From assembly GCF_001194135.2 (NCBI RefSeq), contig NC_068981.1, positions 22,662,462 through 22,726,461 of the forward strand: DNA of 64,000 bases, written 5' to 3'. This document shows, piece after piece, positions 25,173 through 38,226 of the stretch. The notes below the pieces were generated by a model that was given only the letters and a program-made list of their open reading frames with translations, was not told the DNA's origin and ran no database searches. Origin of the DNA: Octopus bimaculoides. Its lineage: Eukaryota. Position 1 is the stretch's first letter. Each line of letters opens with the position of its first letter. The translations under genes and the position numbers were made by a program.

Positions 25173-25175
<3 letters not shown>
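24771..25175 (+). mobile_element. Penelope-like element remnant with 91-bp inverted terminal arms
   Basis: 24771-24861 is a near-perfect reverse complement of 25085-25175. A hammerhead motif overlaps the inner end of the right arm. The PLE assignment is inferred from this architecture; no RT or GIY-YIG ORF is seen. Confidence 0.65.
25059..25104 (+). ncRNA. Minimal type I hammerhead ribozyme motif
   Basis: TCT-CTGATGA-A-GGGATAT CCCTA ATATCCC-A-GAAA-CAGCTG-TA-AGA. Intact core, 7-bp stem II, palindromic stem III (ACAGCUGU), GUA cleavage triplet, 3-bp stem I. Confidence 0.8.
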
Positions 25176-25208
<33 letters not shown>

Positions 25209-25214
25209 GAGTGA

Positions 25215-25510
25215 GATCATTGCCAGTGCCGCCGAACTGGCTTCTGTGCAGGTGGCACGTAAAATACACCATTTTGAGCGTGGCCGTTGCCAGTACCGCC
25301 TGACTGGCCTTCGTGCCAGTGGCACATAAAAGCACCCACTACACTCTCAGAGTGGTTGGCATTAGGAAGGGCATCCAGCTGTAGAAACTCTGCCAAATCA
25401 GATTGGAGCCTGGTGTAGCCTTCTGGTTTCACCAGTCCTCAGTCAAATCATCCAACCCATGCTAGCATGGAAAGCGGACGTTAAACGACGACGATGATGA
25501 TGATGATGAT
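25215..25510 (+). mobile_element. Family B retroelement, long copy
   Basis: Extended 5-prime portion plus AGGAAGGGCATCCAGCTGTAGAAAC and (GAC/GAT)n tail. Confidence 0.88.
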
Positions 25511-27242
25511 ATATATATATAAAATCCTAATTGATGGAATGGAGCAGGTAAAATCTTGGCTACATATGTTGCCTAGCTAGCAGATCCTCAGAAGTAATAA
25601 TTGCTCAACAAGGGATATCCCACTAGCTACTCATCAAGTCAAAAATACCTTACTTAAATGAAAGTTATATTGTCATTAAGGACTCCTATGTTAACTTGCT
25701 GGAAATACAATTTAAATTATACCTCTGGTGAGTTAACCTGGGTTTCCTTAATGACAATGTAACCTTCAATTATCTAAGGTATATTCAGCCAGATGAATAG
25801 CTAGTGGGGTACACCTCATTGTGTAATTATTACTTCTGAGGAGCTGATAAATAAATACTGGGGTTGATTTCTTTAATTCAGAATTGTGCTCCAGTATGGC
25901 TGTGGTCCAATAAGTGAAACAAATAAGAGGTATGAATAAAATTAAGCTGCATACATTTGTAAACAAGAGTTCAGTGGTCAGAAATAATGGCAAAACACCT
26001 GATGTTTGTTATATGTATGTTTGTGTGTGTGTATGCACTTATGTGTGTGGTGTGCATTGTCTCAAGTATATATTGCTCTGTGTGTCTGTTTGTGTCTATT
26101 TTCTATTTTCAGACAGTTCCAATCAAGCATACTGTGATACAAAAGTAACCTAGAGACTTAATATTGACTGACAAAGCAAAATATATAAAGGGAATAATAT
26201 AACCATGTTTATATTAGTTTTTGGTTGACTATTGAACTGTGCCTAACACGACTACACTGGTCTACTTTATCTCAGTGATTTGTGCTCGCAAGCTGTAAAA
26301 CTTAATCCTATTGAGTGTTAAGCTTAATCAATCCACCAGGGAAATATTGGGAATCATCATTATTATTCTTAACCCAGATTCTTTCAAGTCAAGATAATTT
26401 TTTTTTTCTTCACTTTTTTGTAAATTGCATTTTTAGATTGTTTTTACTTTAAAAAAAAAACAAAAAAAATTCTTCAGTTTATTCTTGTTTTTAATTTTTG
26501 AGTTTTTTTTTTTAGCATTCATGTAAGATGTGGTATTGTTAGACCATCCACTACTTGCAGGAATGATTATGCATAAGGTTTGCTATATGATCTTTCCTGA
26601 TGGTGATGATGGTGATAATTGATCATCATTTAATGCCCATTTTTCTCTGCATGCATAAGTGAGATGAAATTTGTTGAGGCAGATTTTCTTTGGCTGGATA
26701 CCTTTCCTGTCACCAACCCTCACTTGTTTCCAAGTAAAGTAATATTTCCGCATGGCTAAACATGTTTTCCTTTGTACACTGATAACGAACACCTCACTTG
26801 TATGATGATTTACAACCATCAGGTGATGCCTCAAGAAGAATACAAACACACACACATTAACCTCTAACCTCTAACCTCCACCTATTTACTTCCCACTCAC
26901 ACTCCTGTGAAAACATCCACAGACTCTCTCACCCCCCCCCCATGATCTACTTTCTGTATCCTTTCATGTACTCACCTTGCTCTTTGAGAGTTTGCTGGAG
27001 CAACCCATCATCACCTTCCTTTTATCTCTTTCAACCATGTATCTCCTCTGTAGCAAGACACCTGTGCTTGTCTCTCCGTCATACTTTCAGCATCTGACAT
27101 ACAGCCACCTACCTCCACCTTCCCCTCCCAAATACTTCCTCTTAGTATTGGAAGCTATCTCCCTTTCCTCTTCCTCTGTTCTTTTATGTCTTGCAAGTTT
27201 CATGGCAACCTCACTGGTGTTGGTGGCACATAAAAAGCACCC

Positions 27243-27798
27243 NNNNNNNNNNNNNNNNNNNNNNNNNNNNNNNNNNNNNNNNNNNNNNNNNNNNNNNNNN
27301 NNNNNNNNNNNNNNNNNNNNNNNNNNNNNNNNNNNNNNNNNNNNNNNNNNNNNNNNNNNNNNNNNNNNNNNNNNNNNNNNNNNNNNNNNNNNNNNNNNNN
27401 NNNNNNNNNNNNNNNNNNNNNNNNNNNNNNNNNNNNNNNNNNNNNNNNNNNNNNNNNNNNNNNNNNNNNNNNNNNNNNNNNNNNNNNNNNNNNNNNNNNN
27501 NNNNNNNNNNNNNNNNNNNNNNNNNNNNNNNNNNNNNNNNNNNNNNNNNNNNNNNNNNNNNNNNNNNNNNNNNNNNNNNNNNNNNNNNNNNNNNNNNNNN
27601 NNNNNNNNNNNNNNNNNNNNNNNNNNNNNNNNNNNNNNNNNNNNNNNNNNNNNNNNNNNNNNNNNNNNNNNNNNNNNNNNNNNNNNNNNNNNNNNNNNNN
27701 NNNNNNNNNNNNNNNNNNNNNNNNNNNNNNNNNNNNNNNNNNNNNNNNNNNNNNNNNNNNNNNNNNNNNNNNNNNNNNNNNNNNNNNNNNNNNNNNNN
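27243..27798. other. Assembly gap (N run)
   Basis: Ns. Confidence 1.
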
Positions 27799-27844
<46 letters not shown>

Positions 27845-28837
27845 ATTAATACTAATTGTTTAAAGGATCACCATCACTCAAATTAGTTTTGGATGACTTT
27901 AAAGAGTCACCTTAGTATTCAAATATGTTAAGTCTGTACCAGATCAGTTAATTTATTTAAGGACACTCTTTTAGATTGCCTGGAATTACCAAATGCAGAA
28001 CATGCATGCAGCAGCAGTATTGATTTTCTTTATAAACAAATTCATTCTTTGCTTTGACAACTTTGTCATCTGTGGTACAAATATTCAGTGTCAGTGTTGT
28101 ATAAAAGGGATTCTTAGTTATGTCTTGTTGAAGATGTGGCAACTTCTCTAGTGCCGGTGCCAGGATAAACTGCACCTAAGGTACTCTGTAAAGTAGTTGG
28201 TGAATAAGAAAGTTATCCAGCCTTAGAAACCATGCTAAACTTAACGGTTAGGAGAGACATGATCCTCTAGTAGATCTGAATAAGATGCCTCATCTAAACC
28301 ATGCCAGCATAGGAAGTGGATATAAAACAATAATAATGATGAATTACATTCAGTTATGTTGTGCAATAATACATGACTACCATACCCTTCTCATATCATT
28401 TTTACTAAACAATTGCTTTCTACTATGAAGATTCTAGTCATAACCAATGCCGCATCACATTTCCATTGTTAGTCCACATCTAGGATGTCATCATAATTTA
28501 GCATCTATTTTCCATACTGGTATGGATAGGACAGGAACTGGCAAAGCTGGGATCTGTACCAGGCTCCGTTGTCTTTTGCATGGTTTCTACAGTGAGATAC
28601 CCTTCTTAATGCCAACCACTTTACAGAGTGTACTGGTTGCTTTTTGATCCAGTCATTGACTGGTACATAATTTTATGAACCCCAGAATAATGAAAGTTAA
28701 AGTTGACTTTAAGGAGATTTGAACTCAGAACACAAAGAGCAGTAATTAATTATCACAGGCATTTTATCTGATGCTCCAATGATTCTACTAATCTATAACC
28801 TTATTCAAAGATAATAAAATATACCACCCATGTTATG

Positions 28838-28890
<53 letters not shown>

Positions 28891-29667
28891 TGCCTGTCTG
28901 TCTGTCTGTGAACATGCACACATCCACCTACATGGGCAATATATTTTACACACATCTTGAGTCTTATATGAGCATACACATCTGTATGCTTATGAAATGT
29001 AAGGATATATTCACATATTGTCATATCTTTTAGCTTTGATTATCGACTCTCCTGTCTCCACCTCCCAGACATTTGCTAGGTACACATAGATAATATTTAC
29101 TGTTTTAGATTCATGTGATTATTGTAACAGAATTACTATGCTTATCTTTATTTTCCTTCAGCTTGTATTATTTTATTTTTGGATATTATTAGCAGCTCAA
29201 AGGAAGTCACAGATTCTAGATGTCTGCTACAGTGTGTGTATGTCTGTGTGTGGAACTTAAATTCTGGGGTGAACACAGATAACTGTCATCATTATCAAGT
29301 TTGTTATATATAGTATAGTGTTGATAAATAATCATTTTTTATTAATATGCAACGTATATTATTTTTTCATTTGCTTTTATGTTGTTTATCACCTATCAAA
29401 ATATGTAGAAAAATAGTGATGTCACAATTAAGACAGCCTCATTTCCAAATATGACTCTCTTCATTGAAACAGGATGTATAGAGATGAATTGCACCATTCA
29501 TTGAATTGTTAGTGAAACCCATCTATCTGTAAAAGTAACAAATCAAGGGAGCCTCTTCATGGTCACTCAACCTATTAAAATAGCAGTCAAATCTCCCTAA
29601 AATGAACAGACTATTTAAATAAAAAAAAAGATATTAAATAAAGTAGTCCTTACATTATTCCATGTCT

Positions 29668-29958
29668 ACCATCATCATCATCATCATCGTTTAACGTCTG
29701 CTTTCCATGCTAGCATGGATTGGATGATTTGACTGAGGACTGGTGAACCGGATAGCTGCACCAGGCTCCAATCTAATCTGGCAGAGTTTCTACAGCTGGA
29801 TGCCCTTCCTAACGCCAACCATTCTGAGAGTGTAGTGGGTGCTTTTACATGCCACCGGCACAAGGGCTAGTCACATGGTACTGGCAACGGCCACGCTCAA
29901 AATGGTATTTTTTACGTGCCACCTGCACAAGAGCCAGTCCAGCGGCACTGGCAATGAC
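29668..29958 (-). mobile_element. Family B retroelement, long copy
   Basis: Reverse-complement counterpart of 25215-25510. Confidence 0.88.
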
Positions 29959-30980
29959 CAATATTTACAAATGCCGTTTCTGCAGATGTGCCTATGAACC
30001 TTTTCCTCCTTATAGCTCTTCTATTGCTTATTTTGTCTTTTTGTGTTTCATTCTGTCGACAGTAGAAGTGTTTTGCCAAGCTGCTAAGTTACGGGATGTA
30101 AACACATCAACACCGGTTATCAAGCGATGAGGTGGGGGGACAAACACAGACACACACACACATGCACACACACACACACACAAGCACATATATATGATGG
30201 TCTTCTTTCAGTTTCCGTCTATCAAATCCACTCACAAGGCCTTGGTCGGCCTGAGGCTATAGTAGAAGACACTCACCCAAGGTGCCATGCAGTGGGACTG
30301 AACCCAGAACCACGTGGTCGGGAAGCAAGCTTCTTACCACACAGCCATGCCTGCACCTATATGCACACATATATGTGGACTGCACTTAGCAGGCTATGTT
30401 TTAGACTGTGTAAAGTTGTAAACCATAAACTCTAACATGTTTTTGTTTGTTACGCCCAGTACTCCAATTAATATTGGTACTGTTTTTACTTCATATATAT
30501 TATCCTACTTATTTCCAATTAATGAAACATACTTTGATGGCTTCTCAACTTCCTTCAAGGCAATGTTTTGGTCAGAATTATTATTATCATTAGAATTACA
30601 AGGCAATGAGAATCATAAAAAAATTCCTCACAGTATTTTTTCTGACTAATAAAAAAAAAAGCACCAATTGAGTATTAGGGTTAATGGTATTGAGTGCTTA
30701 CCATCTTCCTGAAATTGCTGGCCTTGTGACAAAATTTGAAACCATTTCTATAACTATTATTATTATTATGGCAGCGAGCTGGCAGGGTTTTTAGCATGCC
30801 AGACAAAATGCTTAGCAGTGTTTCATTCATTTTAACATTCTCAGTTCAAATTCAGCCGAGGTCGACTTTACCTTTCATCCTTTCAGGGTTGATAAATAGT
30901 ACCTGTCAAGTACTTGGGTTGATGTAATTGATTAGCCCCTATTCCAAAATTGCTGGCCTTGATCCAAAATTTGAAACCAT

Positions 30981-31012
30981 TATTATTACTACTACTACTA
31001 CTACTACTACTG

Positions 31013-31070
<58 letters not shown>
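30981..31070. repeat. (ATT)/(ACT)n microsatellite
   Basis: Direct trinucleotide run; source of the poly-T and poly-V ORFs. Confidence 0.95.
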
Positions 31071-31071
<1 letters not shown>

Positions 31072-31074
<3 letters not shown>

Positions 31075-31444
31075 TCTGATTTAGCGAAGGTGGAGGTATT
31101 GTTTTCAGTTGTGTTTGTTTGTTTGTTTGTCTGTGGACAAGATATCTCAAGAACCACTGGATGGATTCAGATGAAATTTTCAGGGATGTTTGGCCTCATG
31201 ACTGGCACAAAGTGATTAGATTTTGGGATCAATCTGGTACCGAACAAGGATTTTGGATTATTTTTCTGAATTTTACACTCAATTTTTGAGAGTGGTTGGA
31301 TTCATTTTTAGTATTCTCATTTTTGAGAACAGTCAAGTTTATTTCAGATATTCTCATTTTAAAAATCATATCAGGCTAATCGTTGAGAGGAATTTCCTAG
31401 TACTGGTGTTGCTTTGATGGAGGTTTGCACTCTGTGAGTGCTCG

Positions 31445-31448
<4 letters not shown>
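31072..31448 (+). mobile_element. Non-autonomous Helentron-type element (HINE / DINE-1-like)
   Basis: 5-prime imperfect palindrome ACCTCTGATTTAGCGAAGGTGGAGG, (GTTT)n, subterminal repeat TTGATGGAGG near the 3-prime end, and hairpin GCACTC-TGT-GAGTGC (31427-31441) just before TT. Confidence 0.75.
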
Positions 31449-31477
<29 letters not shown>

Positions 31478-31893
31478 CATTATTATTATTGTAGACATCA
31501 CACAGTATACAATATTGTGAGTTTGTCGATTGAAGATTTTGTGTCTACTGGGGGTTTGTACTGTTTGTCAAGTCACAACAAGAACCTCAGACAGACAGTA
31601 CTTTACACAATATGCGTGCAGTTCCAAGTAATGCCAACTTTTGCAATACACCTAAATTGTAGGCTATTTCTAAGGTTTTCAGATGTTTTTTCAGATTGGG
31701 TGGTACTGAACCCAATGCTCCAATGACAATAGGGATAACCTTTATATTCGACTCTCGTAGCTGCCACATCTTAGCGATCTCAATTCTCAGGTCTCCATAT
31801 TTATCAACCTTTTCTCTTTTTTTCATGATGATATGTTCATCTCCTGGCACTACCACATCAATTATTTGGCACTCTTGTTTGTCCCTCCTAAAG
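31447..31893 (-). mobile_element. R4/Dong-like non-LTR retrotransposon 3-prime fragment (RLE domain) with (TAA)n end
   Basis: Translation IIDVVVPGDEHII.KKREKVDKYGDLRIEI..MW....KVIPIVIGALG...LQKLALLGTARIL matches the restriction-like endonuclease C-terminus. Short UTR followed by (AAT)n. Confidence 0.85.
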
Positions 31894-32699
31894 GAGATTC
31901 AGTATAACACAGAATGTGACAAGGCTGGTACAACTCATTTTTGCCTGCTATGTAGACTGGAGTAATGTGGAATAAAGTGTCTTGCTCAAGAACACAATAC
32001 ATCACTGAGAATTGAACTCATGACTTTATTATCGTGCGTCGAATACCCTAACCACTAAGCCATGTGCCTTCACACTAATAGAAATTACAACCAAATAACT
32101 CTCAAAAAATAGGAAATGATGAATGGGGCCCAGTAGGTGGAAGATTATCAGGTTGTCTGCGGAGGTAGTGGATGTTGCCTTGAGGATATGTGAGCCTTAG
32201 AAGGAGTAGTGCTACAAGGGGTAGTGCTAATTGGACACAAGCAGGGCTTAATCAACCCCCAGGTGAGTCACCTGAACGAGGGTGTCAGATGTTGAAAGGT
32301 CTGAACCACCTAATGACTCCAAGGAACATCACTGATGCTGTGCCCAGGTGCATCACAGGATGATGTTGGGAAAAACTCTTAAATAAATTATATCAGAAAA
32401 AATCCTGAAAAATATGTATATGGTCATGGTTGGAATGTCTCTGACCAAAGATCTGTCTTTTAACCATAGAACTGACCTGTGGCTAAACAACAATGTAAAA
32501 CCATATACTACCATAAGCAAGGTTTGAACCTACAACAGTTAGATCTATAGCTTTGTATTGCTGACTAACAAGTCTAAGTCAACATGTTTTTATTAATCAT
32601 TTATTTCCATCAGTCCAAATGCACTTTAGTGGAATGGTAAAAGCATATTTTTAGAGTATTTTCTCAATAGAAATAGAACTGTTGGTCAGCTGTAATGTA

Positions 32700-33150
32700 A
32701 CACTTGCTCTTCAAGACTCTCTTTCTTTCTCTCCTCTACTTTCTGCCTCTCTTTTCTCTTTTATTTTCTATTTACTTCTTTCTCTTTGTCTTCTTCCATC
32801 CACCTTCACACACACACATTTCTTCCCCTCTTCCTCTCTCTGCTTGTTTTTCTTTTATTTTTTAAGTGTCTCTCCCTGTCTATTTCTGTTTGTCTTCTTT
32901 TAATTTCCCCTCTTTCTCTCTCCTTCTCTCATTTTCTGTTTGGCTTTCTCTCCTCTATATTCTTGTCAATCTGATTATCCGACACTCTCTATCACTATCA
33001 ACTCTTTCTCCATCACTCTCTGGCTGTCCATCTATCCACAGCATTCTCTCTCTATCTCTCTCTCTCTCTCTCTCCCTCTCTTCACTTTCTCATTCTGTTG
33101 TTTTTAACCTTCCCAACTCTCTCTTACACTCTCTCTCTCTCTCACACACA
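32700..33150. repeat. CT-rich low-complexity tract
   Basis: Pyrimidine-rich (CT)n-like sequence; source of S/L/F-rich ORFs. Confidence 0.85.
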
Positions 33151-33419
33151 CAAACACATTCAGCCACATGCCAAAGTGCTTTTAAAATGTTTATTTAGTT
33201 TATTAAACCAGTCTCTAATTGCTATAGATGAAGTATATTCAATTACTAATTGGTAATAAAAGTTTCTCTTCAGACTTCTTACACAGAGGATCCTGTTTAT
33301 TGCTGGAAATTAACCAACATTTAAGGGTGGTGATAAATTAGAAAAACAACAATAATTTGTTTTGCAAGATTCTTGTTGTGAAATCGTGTGTTGAAACAGA
33401 TATTGTTGTATTTTGGGAT

Positions 33420-33820
33420 ACTCTTTTACTGTTTTACTTGTTTCAGTCATTTGACTGCAGCCGTGCTGGAGACCCGCCTTTAGTCAAGCAAATCGACCCC
33501 AGGACTTATTCTTTGTAAGCTTAGTACTTATTCTGTCGGTCTCTTTTGCTGAACCGCGAAGTTACGGGGACATAAACACACCAGCATCAGTTGTCAAGCA
33601 ATGCTAGGGGGACCAACACAGACACACAAACACACATACATATATACATATATACAACGGGCTTCTTCCAGTTTCCGTCTACCAAATCCACTCACAAGGC
33701 ATTGGTCAGCCCGAGGCTATAGTAGAAGACACTTGCCCAAGGTGCCACGCAGTGGGACTGGACCTGGAACCATGTGGTTTGAAAGCAAGCTACTTACCAC
33801 ACAACCACTCCTGCGCCTAT
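33420..33820 (-). mobile_element. Full-length family A SINE
   Basis: Near-consensus reverse copy. Confidence 0.9.
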
Positions 33821-34324
33821 GGTCATTTTTTTTTTCTTTTTGCCAAATAAACACACGCACAATATATTTTTTCTTCACTCATTTATTACTTTTCTTATTT
33901 TACTATTTTAACTCATGTCCATTGTTTGGAAATCTTTCGTCACACATCTGTGACCTCTTCAGCGACACTTTCCATTTTTGTGTGATTTAAAATTTTTATA
34001 CAAGGCCAGTAATTTTAGGAGAGGAGATTTTAGGGGCCAAGTCATTGCATCAACCCACTGCTCGGCTGCTACTTATTTTATCGACCCAGGAAGTATGAAA
34101 GGCATTGATGACCTCAGCAGAACTTGAATCCAGAGTGTGAAGATGAATGAAATGATTAACAGCCCATCACACATAAATACGTACACACACACACTTGTGA
34201 GTGTGTGTGTGTGTGTGTGTGTTTATATAAGTGAGTGTGTGTATTTTTGTCTCCTTCTCATGACGTGTGTGTGTGTATTTATATAAGAGAGTGTGTGTAT
34301 TTTTGTCCCCTTGTCGTGACATCT

Positions 34325-34492
34325 CATCATCATCATCATCATTGTTTAACGTCTGCTTTCCATGCTAGCATGGGTTGGACGATTTGACTGAGGACTGGTG
34401 AAACCAGATGGCTACACCAGGCTCCAATCTGATTTGGCAGAGTTTCTACAGCTGGATGCCCTTCCTAACGCCAACCACTCCGAGAGTGTAGT
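34325..34492 (-). mobile_element. Young family B retroelement
   Basis: Nearly identical to 20476-20623. Confidence 0.88.
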
Positions 34493-36014
34493 AAATTTAT
34501 GACTATCTCATGATAGTCATAAATAAGTGTCACTGTCATACAAGGAGTGTCATTCATTTTCACTCTTCTGTTAAAAAAAAGTCTGACTGTGGGGGAATAT
34601 TATCTTGCTTGGAAAGAAGTGAGGATTGGTGACAGGAAGGGTATCCAGCCATAAGTAAGCTACCTCAATAATGTGGGTTAATAGAATGACAATGATGGTC
34701 TTGATGATGAATTCAAAGAAGGTGAGTTAGTAGCTATGGCTTTTGTAGGCTCTCTTAGACTGGTGATAACAATGCAGTTGATGTTTAGCTTGAACTTTTG
34801 TAGGGCAATACCTTCAGAAAAAATATAGAGAGGGATAGGTTAATAAAAAAGCCTTTATGTAGTTGCTCAGCCTGTTAGAAATAGCAACCAAGTCTCCGAC
34901 ATACCTTACCTCACCTGCCTATCAAAAGTGAAGGACTTGGTTGGTAATGCATTCAAGATATACTGCGTCTGAATTGAAGATGGGATGGTCATGACTGGAA
35001 TACCTTTGGTCATTAGTTTGCTCAATTAAGTCTGAGCAGGACTAAAATAACAAGAATATATGAGTGAGGGAATGGCAGAGGACTGTAGTTCTTTGGAGGA
35101 ATCATTGGGCAAAGTGTATAGTGTGAAATCTGGGGTAGGGGGAGACATAGAAAAGATGAATGAATGAGAAGTAGATATTGAGTGTGTGTTGCAGTAACAC
35201 ACACTCAGAGGCATGCAAGGATTACTTTAGTGGAGAACACAGCTGGATGGTGGGCTGAAAACTGTAGTGCTGTTGATAGAAAGCTTACCTAGCAGGTTCA
35301 CTTTATCTCAAATTAATGAAAAACGATGAATATCCTACATTTTTACTACAAAAAAATACAAAATGACGGAAAATATAATGTGTTTTATTTCTAATTTTAA
35401 GTTGAAGTAATATGATAAACATATTGTAGCTTTGTTGAAAGGTTATTCCCGTTTATTTCTATCGAGCTTAACTAATTACTTTCGTGTGCGCGGAGGCGGT
35501 ACTGGTGCCGTAACCAATGAGGTAAATCTAAGGCGTGGTTAAAGCTTGTTGAAAACTCTTCTTTGTATCGGAAGAGCTGTCACTACATGATTGTGGCCTG
35601 TAAACCACCGCTAACTGCTGTTGGCTACAAACTGATGTGTTTAGCAGTATTAGTATCAATGAAAGAAAATACAAGATATTTATCTGTCTGCCAGTATGGA
35701 AAACAGATGTTAAAAGATGATGATGAAGTGATATAAGACTGTGTGGTTAAGATGCTTGCTTTGCAACCATGTGGTTTTGGGATCAGTTCCACTGCAATCT
35801 TCTGCAGATGGCTCCTACTCTAGCCCCAGGCTGACAAATATATTGTGAGTGAATTTGGTAGACGGAAACTGTGTGGAAGCACATCGTGTGTGTGTTTCTT
35901 TGCTACCACGGCCACGACCACCACCAGTTAACAACTGGCGCTGGTTTGTTATGTCCCCATAACTTAACACTCCATATCTCTTTCCTAATTTAAGGTTCTA
36001 TATTTATATTTTTT

Positions 36015-36246
36015 AAGGCGGAAAGCTGTCAGAATCGTTAGCACGCCGGGTGAAATGCTTAGTGGTATTTCGTCTGCTTCTGCGTTCTGAGTTCAAATTC
36101 TGCCAAGGTTGACTTTGCCCTTCATCCTTTCAGGGTCGATTAAATAAGTACCAGTTATGCACTGGGGTCAATGTAATCGATTTAATCCCTTTGTCTGTCC
36201 TTGTTTGTCCCCTCTATGTTTAGCCCCCTGTGGGCAATAAAGAAAT
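36015..36246 (+). mobile_element. tRNA-derived SINE family C
   Basis: GGCGGAAAGCTGTCAGAATCGTTAGCACGCCGGG...GAGTTCAAATTC...TTTCATCC-type body and GTCGATTAAATAAGTACCAG. Relatives at about 19200-19385, 30768-30985, 61078-61275 and several minus-strand copies. Confidence 0.85.
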
Positions 36247-36309
36247 ATATATTTATATTCTTCACCAATATACCTACATACACAAATATATATATATATA
36301 TATATATAT

Positions 36310-36525
36310 CTTTTATCTTTTACTTGTTTCAGTCATTTGATTGCGGCCATGCTGGGGCAGGTTTTTTTTAACCAAACTAATAAACCTCAGGACTTATTTT
36401 TTTAAAGCCCAGTACTTATTCTATTGATCTTTTTTGCTGAACTGCTAATTCATGAGGACATAAATACACCAACACTGGTTGTCAAGTGGTGGTGGGGGAC
36501 AAACACAGACACAAAGACATGTACA

Positions 36526-36567
<42 letters not shown>

Positions 36568-36722
36568 CTTCTTCAGTTTGCGTTTACCAAATTCAATCAC
36601 AAAGCTTTGGTTGGCCCAAGGCTATAGTAGAAAGACACTTGTCCAAGGTGACATGCAGTGGGACTGAACCTGAAACCATGTGGTTGGGAAGCAAACTTCT
36701 TACCACATAGCCACACCTGTGC
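36310..36722 (-). mobile_element. Full-length family A SINE
   Basis: Tail, body, (CA)n spacer, core and head in reverse orientation. Confidence 0.85.
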
Positions 36723-36725
36723 CTG

Positions 36726-36768
<43 letters not shown>

Positions 36769-37399
36769 TGTGAGATTTTATATTCAATTATAATACAATC
36801 AATTTTACATTAATCTGATGGGTTACTCTATATTTTTGTAGAGTAGAAATTTATCATATTTATACAAGTATATTGTTGACTGTGACTTTGAAGTTTCAGC
36901 CAGTCTGGTGATGACTTAGCTGGACAAAAACTTTGAAGTTACTGTCAACAACATTCTTGCATAAGATTAATAAAACACACACACACACACTGCTCTTCTG
37001 CATTGTTTTTGTGTATCGAATTTTCTTCTGTTCTACCTTTAATACCTAATGGATCTAAAAAGCTGATGACTAAAACACTATGTGTTGTGATGTAATATTC
37101 TTGGTCATTCTTCTAATGGTGCCAGACTCTAACCAATTTTAATATAAGATGAAAGCTGACATATTCAGAGTATTGGAACTAACATTAGTTACAAGTTTTA
37201 TACCAAAACGAATTTTGGAGAAGAAATAAGATTTTTCCAAACTGAATGTAAATTTAATGTTCAATTGAATTCATCCAAAAGACTGTTAGGATTCTAACAA
37301 TAATAATTTCTTTCATACAATTATTTAAATAAAAGAGCAGCTATTTAGAGTGAGGAAAGGATCAATGAAAGAAGAAATAAAGAAAAAAAACACCTTTCT

Positions 37400-37800
37400 G
37401 ATTATATCAGCAGGAGATTTGTTCCTTGGTAGGTTCTCGAAAGCTGTTTAGATCAAGGTGGGAATACCAGACTGAATAGTAGCATCCCTTCCTCCAATAA
37501 TATGCAAAGCACACAACATAAGCATTAGGAATTGCACTTGACAAATGTTCTGGAACCAGGTTAATATCTGACATCTTCTGAACCAGGCATGAGCAACTGT
37601 TTTTTTGAGGAGCAGGCCACATGAAAGACATGGCTTGTCATCAGGCAGACTGCACTATTCAAGGTAATTTTTCATTAGCATGCCATTCAGGAAGTCCCAT
37701 GGGCAGCAGTTTGACCATGTCTGTTCTCAACAGATACCAAATCTCCTTCATCCGGTCTTCTCAAAACATGACAAGAGCAAGACGCAGTTTGCTGCTATAG
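37400..37800 (-). mobile_element. Possible Tx1/L1-clade LINE C-terminal relic
   Basis: Frameshifted minus-strand peptides WHANEKLP and PCLSCGLLLKKTVAHAWFRRCQILTW resemble the CCHC-containing L1/Tx1 C-terminus. Recalled pattern only. Confidence 0.4.
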
Positions 37801-38072
37801 TGGGAGAATGTACCATAACATTGAGTGTTCTGTTAGCTTATTGTACCTCAGTTATGGAGATGGAAGTTCAGTGTCATTTTGTTTGTATTTTAAAAGCTAA
37901 TATAATGAGATCAAATGAGACAAGGGTAGGCATGGCTGTGTACTAAGAAGTTTGCTTCCAATCCACATGGTTTGGGGTTTGATCCCACTACATGGCACCT
38001 TGTAATATGTAGACCCAGGCTGACCAAAACCTTGTGAGTAGATTTTATAGATGGAAATTGAAAGGAGCCTGT

Positions 38073-38102
<30 letters not shown>

Positions 38103-38103
<1 letters not shown>

Positions 38104-38226
38104 TAGGTCATCCTATAAATAATGTTTTTTTTTTTATACTTTCTTTTATTTTTACAGAATTAAGATAAAGTTTTTTTAAAATCTAAAATAAACTCTCCTT
38201 CATTTTCTACAATGCTCTTCCATCTG
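38103..38226 (-). mobile_element. 3-prime terminal fragment of the same mariner family as 914-1817
   Basis: Reverse complement aligns with about 1690-1817 (GATGGAAGAGCATTGTA...TTATCTTAAT...ATTATTTAT.GGAT.ACC.AA) and is followed by TA. Confidence 0.85.

Noticed and set aside
27957-28175. 72-aa minus-strand ORF with a possible GTAATT donor
   Set aside because: Several frames on both strands are open, and no motif supports any of them.
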